A DNA stretch of 63,179 bases, the filler included, from Lenisia limosa (lineage: Eukaryota > Protista > Breviatea): the NCBI GenBank assembly GCA_001655205.1. It is 17 parts of 17 records of this genome, joined end to end, with 100 filler letters (N's around TTAATTAATTAA, not from the genome) between each part and the next. Parts side by side here need not be neighbours in the genome. Positions count along the whole stretch, not along the records: positions 1 to 9,873 come from LPNZ01009604.1; positions 9,974 to 11,987 come from LPNZ01004418.1; 15 more parts are not named here. One strand, written 5' to 3'. The notes beneath the pieces were generated by a model. That model saw nothing but the letters and a program-made list of their open reading frames with translations. It made no database searches and was not told the origin of the DNA. Each line of letters starts with the position of its first letter. The stretch's first letter is position 1. A program made the position numbers and the translations under genes. Below, piece by piece: positions 1 to 11,925 of the stretch.

Positions 1-233
1 TGGACGGGGATATATACATTATATAGAACACCAGTAAACTACGGCTATAGCAATAAGAACAGAATCAGTAAATTTCAAAGAAACAAAAAAATAATCCCCC
101 AAAATGATAGAATTGTGCAATTGCTGAACGGATCCTTCAAGAAACCTACCAATTTCTCCGTAAGGGGTCATCAGGATGCAGTATACGTGTCTAAAAGCGA
201 TGATCGGCAATATCTATGCGTTATATTTTATGT

Positions 234-333
234 TATGGATTCACTTCGGTTCGAAAAAAGACTGAATTTCTCGATAAGTCCTCAAAAACTACCGATATTT
301 TACCGGTCTTTTTCAAACCGAAGTGAAGCCCTA
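234..333. mobile_element. MITE-A (hAT-type non-autonomous element), full length
   Basis: TIRs TAtGGaTTCACTTCGGTT ... AACCGAAGTGAAGCCCTA, 100 bp; no clear TSD in this copy. Confidence 0.85.
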
Positions 334-513
334 ATTATATTTATCATAATTATTACAGTTTCATAACACCAATTCAGATGCCCAGGAGCCCCTTCTTCAA
401 CATCTATCCCAAACCATCACGCTAAATATAACCCTGATTAATACCTGTTTTTTTACATTTGTTAATCTGCATTTTCCCCTACTTAGTAGGCAATTCTTTT
501 TACCATTGTTGCA

Positions 514-2438
514 TTAGCTTCTTACCCCCTTTTTTTTTTTCTCTTTCGGTGCAGCAACGTCATTGGAGGTTGGCTCCACGTTTTCAGGGTGAATCGACTC
601 TTCGGGGCTGTTGATCGAGCCTTTTGGGTCAAGTGCAGAAAATGAGCCAAGAACAGTGGATTTCATTTGGCAGCTCTTTATTCTTTCTGTAATGTTCATC
701 TTTGTAAAAAATATAAACACCATTGACAATGTGAGGACAAGCGCAACATTTCATATAACTGACAAACTTATGAAGTTACTAATTTGAAGCTATTAGGAAC
801 TGACAAACTTATTAAGTTACTCGTTATTTGAAGCTATACCCGTAATTGCATTAATGCATCCCATTTCGAATAAATAGCTTGAGGAATAAAAAGGATCAAA
901 AAGGGAATGTTAAAAAAAAACCGAAAAGAATTTCTTGGAATGTTGCTTTTGGTTATCCAAAAGTGTAACTGACCAACTAAAAAAGGGAACAAAAACGCTA
1001 AAAAAAGGCAATATCCAAGCACTTCATTCATCCAAAAATTCATTTATTGCCTTCGTAATCCATACTAACCTGTCTGGGGCATGCTCTGATCAGACGACTG
1101 TGTGACAACAAGTGATGGTTTTGGATGGGCGCTCGGGTGACAGTTCACACTGTAGTTGTCTGAATCCTTCAATGACCTAATCAGTGGCTCATCTGAATGT
1201 ACTGAGGACTTAGAAGGGTCCAACGGTGGAGACATTGTCATAGAAGGCAAATTAGCAAATAGAAGAAATAATTGGATTATTTCATTATTCTCCTTGTCAT
1301 AAAACTATGAAGTTCTTTTTGGGCCTACAAGCAAAGAAAGACAGAATCGATGATTAAGTGGTGTTGGGTTGAGTGTAGCCCCACTTAAATATACCTTTTT
1401 AACCCGCATTGCCGCAAGCCCGTTAATTTTATAAATATATTGAGATATAGAGATATATTATTATTATTATTATTATTATATATTAGGGCAAACAACTTCT
1501 CAAGAAAAAGTGGACAATTTATTATGGGCTTCCTTTCCCTCTTCTGGGCCCTTCTCATCCCAAATTTTGTCATTGTTCCAGCTTTATGCAATTTGTATGC
1601 GGGGATGAATGATTTCGTCTTCAGAACAATTGTTGTCCACCTTTATATTTACTCTTTAGAAAGCAAACGGCCGACAACGAGTTCCTGCTCGAAACTCTCA
1701 GTGTTAAGCATCTTTTTGTAAATAACCAAGCGTGAGTGTTTTATTATTTAATCGAATCCATTTTGTTTTGTGTTCATTCTCCAGAATGTCTACTAATGTT
1801 GAAACTTCATCAACTCGTGAGTTGGGCTCCTGTTTTGGATAATAGACACCATTGGAATTGAATTAGAGAAGAAGATAATTTACCTTTTGACCATTTGTGT
1901 CTGTTTACTTTTGTTCAATTGACTTCACTCACTACTTGTGCTTCACTTCGGTTCGAAAAAGATCGGTAAATTTCGATAGCTTTCGAAGATTTATCAAAAT
2001 ATTCAGTCTTTTTTCGAAGAAGTGAAGCCCTACTCACAACAAACACGCCACTCTAACTGATGGGGTGCGGTGCCGCAGAAGCCACTGGCCTGGGCTTTTT
2101 TTTTGTTTTGTTGTGCCAACAGAGTTGATTTTGGGCTTTTTTTTGTTTGTTTGTTTCATAAATTTTGCAATTTAACTCCCCACAGGTGTTGTTGCCGTCA
2201 GCGGTATGATTGAGTCTGGGCTGGAACTTACTATTTTGGCCACTGTTGTTCCTGAGGCTTTCCCGGTCGGCTTTATGAAATGCAGGTGAGGGGTCACTTC
2301 ACACTGCATGCTGGAGTTTGGATAAATCAGATAGCTATCTTGTCTTTCCGTTTTATTTTTGTTGGGTTTTATATTAGATAGGAGGAGGTCAAAAAAGGAG
2401 GGAGCTGGGAGGGGACGGGTGCTACCAGTATTTGACAT
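514..2438 (-). CDS. Putative multi-exon hypothetical protein (Ser/Pro-rich exons)
   Basis: Several open, coding-looking minus-strand stretches (514-729, 1065-1250, ~1720-1860, 2172-2438). No recognisable domain and the exon joins were not resolved. Confidence 0.3.
764..836. repeat. Imperfect ~43-bp tandem duplication (AACTGACAAACTTAT..AAGTTACT..TTTGAAGCTAT x2)
   Basis: Direct reading of the sequence. Confidence 0.75.
1936..2032. mobile_element. MITE-A (hAT-type)
   Basis: TIRs present; 8-bp TSD CTCACTAC / CTCACAAC. Confidence 0.9.
2062..2180 (+). repeat. Interspersed repeat family C
   Basis: Core GTGCGGTGC.GCAGAAGC.ACTGGCCTGGGC-T-tract-CAACAGAGTTGATTTTGGGC-T-tract-CATAAATTTT.CAATTT.AC-C-run. 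Confidence 0.8.
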
Positions 2439-2444
2439 TCAATT

Positions 2445-2517
2445 CAGTGACTGGGTTAATATGTCTTGACCTAGTATAATCACATAGCAAATCGGTCAAG
2501 ACTTATCCCGGTCACTG
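2445..2517. mobile_element. MITE-B (Tc1/mariner-pogo type)
   Basis: CAGTGAC ... GGTCAAGACTTATCCCGGTCACTG followed by TA. Confidence 0.8.
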
Positions 2518-2612
2518 TATATTATGTGCTATCTCTATGATTAAAAGACTCCCTAATGAACTGTCGAAACCACCCTGATTGATTCAATATTGGAATTATA
2601 GCCCTCAGTACA

Positions 2613-2690
2613 CAGTGACCTGGATAAGTCCTGACCGATTTGCTTTGTGATTTCCCAAGGAAAATCGGTCAAGACTTATCCCGGTCACTG
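2613..2690. mobile_element. MITE-B, full length 78 bp
   Basis: ~30-bp TIRs CAGTGACCTGGATAAGTCCTGACCGATT / AATCGGTCAAGACTTATCCCGGTCACTG; flanks CA and TA. Confidence 0.9.
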
Positions 2691-3314
2691 TAGGTCCGGT
2701 AAAAAGACAACATTCTGCTTACACAGCTACATTAGCATACGATAATCAGTATCCTATATTAATGTGATTGTGTGGACGGCATCTGCCAAATTTCTCATTT
2801 CCGCATACATTTTAGACCCCAAATCACAGCACTAGGTTTGAAGCCGCCCCAGCCTTTGTAAGTGACACTACGGCGGTGTTCGTATCCGCTAACAAGGTTA
2901 GGGAGCGGGGGTTACTCCACGTGTGCTTTTTAATTTGGTATTTATTGTGGTGTTTTTAACTTGGTATTTATTGTTATTTGTTGTGTTTTTAATTTGGTGT
3001 GAATTGTTATTTATTGTTTTTTTGATTTGGGATTTATTGCAGCGGTGTAAAAAGACAGTCAAAGCTGTATTTTGTTTCCTATGTATTTATTTGTTTGCTT
3101 AGATTTCTAATTTATATATTACTTCTCTTGTTAAACAATTCTATGTTGTTTTGGGGATCCCAGGTCCTAAGATTGGGTTTGTTTTTTGTCATCCACCCAA
3201 AGATCAAAAGTGGCTACACCCCCCTCCTTATTTTTGATTATTTGAGTTTCAAACCATTGTCCTCCCCCCTCCCCGTTGTTTTCAAACCATTGTTATCTGT
3301 GTTTAAGTGCTCAA

Positions 3315-3468
3315 TCAACAGAGTTGATTTTTGGGTTAATGAGTACCTTAACACATAATCTTTATTTCCATAGTTTACCCAGTTCCGTTGATTCTGGGTG
3401 TAGTAATTACACCCACCTCCGATTTGGTTTTTTGTTTCATAAATTTTTCGATTTACCCCCCCCCCCCC
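3315..3468 (+). repeat. Repeat family C, ends in a C-run at an assembly gap
   Basis: CAACAGAGTTGATTTTTGGG ... GTTTCATAAATTTTTCGATTTAC(C)n. Confidence 0.65.
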
Positions 3469-4075
3469 NNNNNNNNNNNNNNNNNNNNNNNNNNNNNNNN
3501 NNNNNNNNNNNNNNNNNNNNNNNNNNNNNNNNNNNNNNNNNNNNNNNNNNNNNNNNNNNNNNNNNNNNNNNNNNNNNNNCATTCTCCATCGACAATGAGG
3601 CAACGTGGACCGAACCTTGGGCCCTGGTACAAAACTGCAACGTGGGTTTTTGTCACAATCCATACAATTAATTTTTTGAAGAAATTATAAATTTGAAATT
3701 CAAGTGTCTACATTGGAGTTCTTGTTACAATATGTTCCATTCACAGAATTAATTTCCCAATTAATTTCCCAATTAATTGCACAGTATTACCTTTGCTTCC
3801 TTGTGACCAAACACACTAGATTTTTTCGATAAATTCTCAATAAATTCTCGATAAAGTCTTGGTAAATTCATGGTATGTCTGAGGTCTCTTTCCAGCCCCA
3901 AAATAGACTTAATTTCTCGATAAATCGTTATATTATTTCACTCCCCTGCTTAAATCATTATCACCCCTTCAGATTATTGGGTCTGCCTCTGCCGTTTCTC
4001 AGAAGTTCACTTTCTCGACAGTCGGGGCCGGGCTCGATGGTAGGCTTGTACTGAGATCTACTGATCATGGTGATC

Positions 4076-4172
4076 AGGGCTTTACTACGGGTCGAAAAAG
4101 ACTGTGGAAATGTCGATAACTATCGAGGATTTATCAGGAAAATCTGTCCTTTTTTAGACCAAATGGAAGCAA
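4076..4172. mobile_element. MITE-A, diverged copy
   Basis: AGGGCTTTACTACGGGTCGAAAAAGACTG ... TCGAGGATTTATC ... GGAAGC. Confidence 0.6.
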
Positions 4173-4434
4173 ATAGTTTTCGAGATGTTGATTAACCTTC
4201 CCAACTAACGCAAAACGGCTATTTTTCAGCAATCTGTCACGTGACCTCACAGCTCTCACGGAGTGTCTCTTCAACTCTGAGCAAACATTAAGCATCACCT
4301 CAAGCCCCATTGTCAAGTTGAGTGCTACAACTGGAGAATGTGCCCTCCCTGATTTGATGAACACACAAGAGGTGCGATTTTATTTGTGTATATTGTACAT
4401 TACTATATGTATGCAGGGGAGGCACGCAGAAAGC

Positions 4435-4545
4435 TGTGTGCATAGAGTTGTAAGGCAAATGATTGGGTGAATATCCAATATCTCTTATTAGCGTGATGGT
4501 GTGGACAGCTTCGGCCAGAAACAACCTTATTTTTTTTTTATTTCT
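4435..4545 (+). repeat. Interspersed repeat family D
   Basis: GAGTTGTAAGGCAAATGATTGGGTGAAT..ATCCAATATCTCTT..AGCGTGATGGTGTGGACAGCTTCGGCCAGA.ACAACCTTATTTT. Related copies near 5870, 24800, 29530, 46820, 51230, 59630, 59935, 60800 and 63040. Confidence 0.8.
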
Positions 4546-5061
4546 CATTGCTTGAGTTAAAATGATGCACATGTTGTAATGATGCTTTGTAAGTAAAATG
4601 ATGCACATAATCGACCTACTTACAAAGTGCTTTTGCGTATTATGAAAGCCCCATAAAGGCTTTTTTCACGTCAACGCCTTTCCTCTCTTTTCTTATTAAC
4701 TAGACCATTTTCAACATGACAATTCTCAATACGAACGTGACCGAAGTTGCCCTGGACTTTGGTACGCTGCCCCCCCCCCCTTTGTTGTGAAGAACAAACG
4801 ATATTATATGATATGTACGTATGTCATATGTAATATACTATATCAGACTATAGACAGATGTATCATATGATGTGTGTAAATTATGTAGCTACATGCATAT
4901 TACCTGTCCCAAAAATAACAAGGAAAATACTGAAATAATCCCATTTCTTCTATATTTCTTGATTTTTTGTCCATTATTGTACGTAGATGACGAGTTGATT
5001 TGCAAGGATGTTCAAACGGCCGCACTTCCCAACGGTGTTTACTGTATGGAGGGGTTGAAAC

Positions 5062-5150
5062 TTGGGCTTCACCTCGGTTCGAAAAGGCTGAATATCTCGA
5101 TAAATTCTCGATAAATATCGATATTTTGACCGTTTTTTTCGGGCCGTAAA
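5062..5150. mobile_element. MITE-A, diverged right end
   Basis: GGGCTTCACCTCGGTTCGAAAAGGCTGAATATCTCGATAAAT... Confidence 0.7.
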
Positions 5151-6441
5151 GACTGTTCTATTCACATTTGCCTCTCACATTATATATGAAAGTTATAAAA
5201 CGTTGGGACCTGTACAAGGGTGTCCTCGTAACCTGTTTCCAACCCCAACTTTCTCTTCTCTTTTGCCTTCGCTGCTCTAAGTTTAGCTCATTGTATAGAT
5301 TTGACCGGACTGAAATCTGACAGTTTCACTCGGGTCCAATGCACTGACGGTGAGCTAATTTAATAACAAGGGGTTTGGACTTTTTTTTGGGTTTACCTTT
5401 AGATACTTCAATTTTGATTTGGTTAACTATTTGCTTCATTACAGTGTAAAAAAAACAACCATTTTGATAGATAGACCGGTGTTAGTATTTATGGAGATAC
5501 AATCACATAATTCGACACCTGTAATCTCATATTGTTCCAAGAAGACTTATTCATTTCAAATTTTGTCAATCAATCTCCCTAAATAATAATTACACGGAGT
5601 TCTACCTGGAGCCCTTGAAAGACATGAAACTGACTCATAGGTTGGACGCACATTGGCGCCCATGTTAGTTATGACTCTTACGAAGCCTTGCCCTATGTTT
5701 ATGACCTTTCGCATGGACCAGTATGAGGGTCTAAAAGCAGGGTTTCAAATGGAAAAGATGTCTCGAGTATCCGAAGCATGCTCTTCTTTTTTGCGCATCA
5801 AATTGAATGTGATTCATGCCACTTTTGCATCTATTATAAAATTGATTTAAGAGTCGTTATATTTATGTTGCTTCCAATATCTTGTATAACGATGGTGTGG
5901 ACGGCTTCGACAGATATACTTTGTTTCATTTCTTACTTCTATGTATATATACAGAGAATCAACCTGTATTTTTGTTCCCATGTATTTATAATCGATATTT
6001 TATGGTATTATTATATTATGTTACTTCAGCATGTCACTCAGAATTGTCTTCCATTGTCAGGTTTTTAAAATATCAAAAAAAAAATATCAAAAATATGAGA
6101 GCTTCAATTCAGTTCCATGCTAAATTCTTGATAAATTCTGTATACTACGTGTTAATGAATTGAAATGAGGTTCTAAGAAATGGTGTGTCTTTGCTGTTTT
6201 TAAACAGAAAGAATTCCAATGTAACTCTTCAGCAAACCGTGACTTCAACCTACATCAAGTCATACCCCTCAGAGAGAGGCTATTCCGACAGCCAAAGAGT
6301 GTACTGGAAGGTGTGTTGGCTGTTATCAAGTTGGTTAGCTTTGGTCTTGAGAAATACTCATCGTACACGAGACACGCTATTCTTTATTGCACGTCATATC
6401 TCTCTGAGTCAAGTTTCAATAGAGACGTTCCTGCAAAATAA

Positions 6442-6540
6442 TAGGCTTTCCTTGCGGTCCGAAAAAGACCTCAAATTATCGATATTTATCGAGAATTTAT
6501 CGAGAATTTTGGTCTTGTTTGGTACCGTAGGGAAGCCCTA
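6442..6540. mobile_element. MITE-A, diverged subfamily
   Basis: TAGGCTTTCCTTGCGGTCCGAAAAAGAC ... GGTACCGTAGGGAAGCCCTA. Confidence 0.7.
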
Positions 6541-7714
6541 AAATTAATATTTGTGACCCCTCAGCTCCCGGCCCGTGCGACCCGAGTGGTAGGTTCCCTG
6601 AAGCCAAACTGCCTGAATTCCTCCGGTTATGTCCGTGTTGGATGTGGTGAGCTGAGGGATGGTGGTGGGTATTGGCTTGAAGGGTGAAATCTGGTTTTGT
6701 GAGACATATATTTCATTATTTTCATATTCAAACAATGATAGTTGGTTTCCAACTTTAAAAGGCGTTGCTCTTTTGAAAAGTTGTGTTTTTTGAACCCTTA
6801 AGAATCCCCGGGATCACTTGTTCAGACGAGTCATCATATGCGTCATACAGCAGTACATCGTATTCTTGCCGAAACTGTTAGTTTGGACGGGTTTATCATC
6901 AAACTTCAACCTGTGTGAGTTTTTTTTATTTTTTATTTTTTTTTTGTTTGGAGTTTTAGATGATTCGGTTCGTGATTAGTACCTTTGCGCCGATGTTCTT
7001 CATCGACAATTTCCTTCGTTTTACTCCCCCCCCCCCCCNNNNNNNNNNNNNNNNNNNNNNNNNNNNNNNNNNNNNNNNNNNNNNNNNNNNNNNNNNNNNN
7101 NNNNNNNNNNNNNNNNNNNNNNNNNNNNNNNNNNNTTGTTTTTTTTTCCCATGAATTTTCGCTTTGTTTGTTTTCAACCCGTGTGTGTTTTGAAAACCAA
7201 TTGAGTTGATTATGCGGAGGGGTTGTTTCATCGCGGTATATATTTATGACCGAATTTTTCAGTTTTACTGCTTCATAAAGTTTCCAATTTTTCACCCCCT
7301 GCAGCTGAAAATGCTTTCAAAGCAGAANNNNNNNNNNNNNNNNNNNNNNNNNNNNNNNNNNNNNNNNNNNNNNNNNNNNNNNNNNNTTGGAATTTCGAGC
7401 TACACCTTTGAATTTCCCAGGCTCTCATAACACCACATTGATATTTCAGGGTTACACATGGTGAATGTTGCAACTCCTCTCCATCCTCTTCAAGAATCAT
7501 GCAAGTCAATGAAGTGAAGTTCTTCTGATCCACCCCCCANNNNNNNNNNNNNNNNNNNNNNNNNNNNNNNNNNNNNNNNNNNNNNNNNNNNNNNNNNNNN
7601 NNNNNNNNNNNNNNNNNNNNNNNNNNNNNNNNNNNTTCTGTATTTAATAGATTTATTTCGTTATATTCCAACAACCTTGTTTCTCATTAAATATGATTGG
7701 TTCGGAATTTAAAA

Positions 7715-7850
7715 CAAAAAAAGAAGCCCAAAATCGACTACAAAAATGAAAATTATATGACAAGCCCAAAATCAACTCTGATAGCTGACGACACACAAGG
7801 GTTGATAACAACAAAACAAACAAAATTCAGACCAGTCGCTTCTGCAGCAG
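7715..7850 (-). repeat. Repeat family C, reverse orientation
   Basis: AAGCCCAAAATCAACTCTG ... CCAGTCGCTTCTGCAGCA on the + strand. Confidence 0.75.
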
Positions 7851-8172
7851 AGCATATATACTCCAGAAAACGCATTTCCCCCGAAATACCCCTCCACACA
7901 CACTATCAATGATAAATGAAAAAAGCCTCTATTACTGCTAAAAATACATTATTTCACTCTTACAAATACACACACCCTCACTTAATAGGTTGTTTCGTTC
8001 TTCTCTCCCCATGTTCCTGTGCGGGGTGAAAACTAATGACAACAAAGCTGGATCAAAAAGGGTCCCAAATATCACAAGCTGTTACTGAGTCACAAAGAAA
8101 CAAAACATTTAGGAACCCATAATAACACTTTCGTAAGAAAAGAATAAGAGAAACAAGGTGTCTCCACTTTAC

Positions 8173-8656
8173 ACGCCACCCACCATCTTCCTTCTTCATG
8201 ATGATATACAGGTTACACCCTGAGGTGAGCTGGTGGAAACTGAGGGTCTTGCTCTCTTGGATGTCAGCACCTTGCTCGGAGATGAACTTGTAGTCCTTGC
8301 CATACTCCTCAAGATCGCTGTTGAGGTCCTGAGAAATAAGGACAGAATCAATGTTGAGTTCTTGAGAAATAAGGATAGAATCAATGTTAACGTCCTGAGA
8401 AATAAGGATAGAATCAATGTTGAGGTCTTGAGGAATATGGATATAGAATCAAGAGGAGTAGCTGTGATTCTCTGGCTTCACCATGATTAAACATTAATCC
8501 ATGAAATATTCAATGAATAGAGGTAAGAAACGACAAGGGTACCTCAAAGGCTTCAGAAATGTCCCTGAAAGTTCTCTCTTCCTTGTTGTTGTCTTCGTCC
8601 TTCTTGAATTGGAGGAAGTAACGCTTCTTTTCATTAATTAGGACAACGTAAGACAT
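8173..8656 (-). CDS. Ubiquitin-like (beta-grasp) domain protein, first two exons
   Basis: Exon 8656-8543 gives MSYVVLINEKKRYFLQFKKDEDNNKEERTFRDISEAFE; exon 8328-8173 gives DLNSDLEEYGKDYKFISEQGADIQESKTLSFHQLTSGCNLYIIMKKEDGGGR. Canonical phase-0 GT/AG joins; the C-terminal half resembles ubiquitin [35 protein letters not shown]. Confidence 0.65.
8321..8455. repeat. 33-bp minisatellite (~4 copies) spanning the intron 1 acceptor of the Ubl gene
   Basis: Unit TTGAGGTCCTGAGAAATAAGGATAGAATCAATG. Confidence 0.9.
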
Positions 8657-8757
8657 GGTGAAAGAGGAGAATTTACAGAAAATTTTGACAAAACAAAAAT
8701 CCGGTCGCGGGAAATGTTGTCTTTCCCGAAAATCCCAGAAGACCCCTCTTAACCACG

Positions 8758-9695
8758 ATGTACTCTGAAACGGTCCTTGAAAAACTAAGAGAGTATTTGA
8801 GCGAGGACCTTCTGGAAACGATCCTTTCAGCCGCACCACAGCCCCCTCCAGACACATCGATCAGAGTGAATCCTGGACAGGTATGGTGCTGATTATTCAA
8901 AACATGAAATTATGTGCATTACTACAAAAATCATACCTAGATCCCAGCATCATATCCCACTGTTTTGGACTGGGCATCTTTGTGGCACAATTTGCAGTTA
9001 TTATTATTATTATTCTTCTTATTATTCTTGTTGTTCTTATTATTAATATTTTTTTTTTTTTTAATTATTATTTTTTTATTATTATTTTTATGATTATTTG
9101 TTCCGCTGTAGTTTGACAGCATAGGAACATGTTTGTCTTGAGAAGATCCAACTCTACCTTAAGGAGGTAAGTAATGGGTTGATATGCTATACATTCTTTT
9201 CATTTTGATTTAAATTATTATATGACATAATCCTATCATTTATTATACTTCCATCATTTCCATATGAATGAGATGATGTGGATCGCTGAAAGATGAGCAC
9301 TTTAAAGGGATAGTGAAAATTTGGTTCATCTAATAATGGTGTTATATTGCTATGTTCAAATTAGAAAACCTAACATCACTGGTTTTGAAGGCAAATGAGT
9401 CTCACAGAAACCAACCCCCTTTTTTTATCACTAGAAATGAGAAATGGTTTACTTTAACCCCAAAATTTGTTGAGGGACATATTGTCATGGGAACGCCATT
9501 TCAGGCTCTTTAATTGCTTATTTCGTCAATTAATTTCTTCAAAAAAGTAATTGCATGGAGTCGTAGTTTAACCGCAGTAGCTTGGTGCACCATACGACTC
9601 TCTTGTTCCCCACATCCACCATGCTATGAAGGGGGTCATCGTTATCCCGGGAAAGGAGGGTGATTTGAAGGAGCTTAGCAACACCGACCTCCCAG
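8758..9695 (+). CDS. NSUN6: NSUN6-like NOL1/NOP2/Sun RNA m5C methyltransferase, 5' part (scaffold ends)
   Basis: Exons 8758-8880, 9125-9166 and 9581-9695 give MYSETVLEKLREYLSEDLLETILSAAPQPPPDTSIRVNPGQ-EHVCLEKIQLYLKE-LGAPYDSLVPHIHHAMKGVIVIPGKEGDL. This matches the recalled NSUN6 N-terminus (PPxxTxVRVN ... HPxLxDVLLIP). Confidence 0.7.
8999..9090. repeat. (ATT)n-rich microsatellite in an intron
   Basis: Direct reading. Confidence 0.9.
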
Positions 9696-9749
9696 GTTGG
9701 TACTTTTTTTGAATGTAGTTTCGCATATCAAATATTTACGATATATTAT

Positions 9750-9828
9750 ATGTTGACCGGGATAAGGTTTGACTTATTTTGCCGAAGGAAATTAAAAGAT
9801 AATCGGTCAAGACTTATCCGGGTCACTG
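9750..9828. mobile_element. MITE-B
   Basis: Right TIR AATCGGTCAAGACTTATCCGGGTCACTG + TA; left TIR diverged. Confidence 0.8.
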
Positions 9829-9873
9829 TATGTATATATAATATTTAGTTATACATATCCCCGTCCACAAAAA

Positions 9874-9973
9874 NNNNNNNNNNNNNNNNNNNNNNNNNNN
9901 NNNNNNNNNNNNNNNNNTTAATTAATTAANNNNNNNNNNNNNNNNNNNNNNNNNNNNNNNNNNNNNNNNNNNN
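9874..9973. other. Artificial scaffold-joining linker (44 N + TTAATTAATTAA + 44 N); one of 16
   Basis: Identical 100-bp spacer whose core has stops in all six frames. Others start at 11988, 23077, 25717, 28005, 29951, 39239, 43749, 46148, 48347, 49892, 51915, 55341, 56556, 58976 and 60579. Confidence 0.97.
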
Positions 9974-10194
9974 GATAGATATATATTTCGATTTGTGAGG
10001 GGAGGGTGTATTTTTTATTTCCTTTTCTATTTTACCCCCCAAAGGTTGTTGTTAAGGAGTCAATCGCTGTTCTTGGCTACATTGCGTCCGAGTATGCACA
10101 TGGGTTGTTTTTTTATTATAGTTACGACACTTTGGAGAAATTCATTGACAAAATTTGAAATTAAGGGTAGATTTTATTGAGAGAGCTTTCTTTG

Positions 10195-10280
10195 GAGCTT
10201 AACTTTCGAATCCAAAAGACTGATAAAATATCGTTATTTATCGAGGATTCAGTCTTCTTTAGAACCAAAAGTAATGCTCC
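10195..10280. mobile_element. MITE-A, diverged copy
   Basis: GGAGCTT..CTTTCGAATCCAAAAGACTGA ... TCAGTCTTCTTTAGAACC..AGTAATGCTCC. Confidence 0.5.
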
Positions 10281-11066
10281 AATTTCTTGCTGTCAAAAGG
10301 TTTCCCGATGTATTATTTTCTATCCCTAGATTTTTAAATATTTAGTGCAATTTTTTGCCTTAAAATTTTACCCGAGCCAGGCTCACAAACTGCAAATCCG
10401 AAAGCGACAGTAACGATAATGACAGTAACCAGAAGACCTGCAGACAGNNNNNNNNNNNNNNNNNNNNNNNNNNNNNNNNNNNNNNNNNNNNNNNNNNNNN
10501 NNNNNNNNNNNNNNNNNNNNNNNNNNNNNNNNNNNNNNNNNNNNNNNNNTAATGGGGCATCTGAATGCTATAATTATTCTTAGGCTGAATTCTCCTTCAA
10601 TTATTCACAAATTTGATCTTCACCGTCACTATGATGATCTAATGAACTAGATGGTAAATTTGCTGGAGGAAAAAGTTGCTCTTTCCCCTCCCAGGCCACC
10701 TCGATCTGCACCAAGGTTCGTTAAGTGCGTGCAAAAATTCACCTTTCAGCTGATTTCTATTTAGATTTTTTTGGAATGTTTCAGCTCCTATCCCCCACCT
10801 CCTTTTGTTTTGTTTTGTTTGTTTTCCTCGTGTGTTTTGCCAGCAGGCTTTTTTTTGGGAAAATTATTGACCATTTACCTGTTTTTTTTTGAATGATACA
10901 ATTTCCATTCCCCCCCCCCCNNNNNNNNNNNNNNNNNNNNNNNNNNNNNNNNNNNNNNNNNNNNNNNNNNNNNNNNNNNNNNNNNNNAAGCAAGCAATAC
11001 GGCGGCCCGGGCTGTTCTCCCAACTGGAAGGGAGTGGACCACTGGAGGTTGGCTGGGTATGGATTG

Positions 11067-11129
11067 TAGCTTCATAAAATTATCGTTCTTATCGAGAAAT
11101 TTCTTACTCCGAACCGAAGTGAAGCCTCA
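11067..11129. mobile_element. MITE-A, partial copy (a second degenerate copy follows at ~11140-11228)
   Basis: TATCGAGAAATTTC ... CGAACCGAAGTGAAGCC. Confidence 0.6.
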
Positions 11130-11747
11130 ATGTTCGTGCTTTCAAATTCGAAAAACAAAATAGAGAATTCCTCAATAAGTACTCGAGAAATATCGGTAGT
11201 TTACGGGTCTTTTTGTGACCGAAGTGAATTTTATGGTATCCCTGATAAGTGTGATCGCGTGGACAGTTTCAGCCATATGCTTCCTTTTTTGTTTTCTCAT
11301 TTCTACATTTATGTTCTTACTCTCTTTAGCACTGTTGATTACGACAAATTCAAGAACTACCGCATTGATGCCTCAGTGGGAGAGGGTTCTTTACTATAAA
11401 GCAACTCTTTAATACAATAACCGTGGAAGGCCTTGGCCTTGTTCTTTCGAACCTTTCTCAAGCAGTTGAAAAGATAAACTGACATTTAAATCCGCCGAGA
11501 AATTTTACATATGATTTGTATATTTTGATTTTTAGTCAAGTTGTTAACAATTCAGTTCACTGTGCGCTCCGCAGCCGACCCCCTCATCAAGGCGCAGTAC
11601 CTCACAAACGGTTCCCTTAACTTTGGCCTCACAACCGCCCAGAAGGTTTGTCATTTTCCTTGTTGAGAGGCAGATATATTGTTTGTTTGTTGTAAAGTCC
11701 CAATTGAAACTTGGATCATAAAGAGCCCGCGGTTTCGTCATCTCACC

Positions 11748-11776
11748 ACCATCATCGTCATCATCTCACCATTATT

Positions 11777-11838
<62 letters not shown>

Positions 11839-11925
11839 CCATCACCATCACCATCATCATCATCTTCTTCTTCTTCTTCATCATCATCATTGCAGGTCGT
11901 ACTCGGCATCATCATCATCATCATC
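11748..11925. repeat. (CAT)n / (CAC)n / (CTT)n compound microsatellite
   Basis: Direct reading. Confidence 0.95.

Noticed and set aside
8233-8490. ORF with LRNKDRINVE repeats on the + strand
   Set aside because: It is the antisense of the Ubl exon 2 and its duplicated acceptor; the minus-strand splice model is coherent.
9918-9929. TTAATTAATTAA as a piggyBac TTAA site or biological repeat
   Set aside because: It is always centred in exactly 44+44 N, so it is a synthetic linker.
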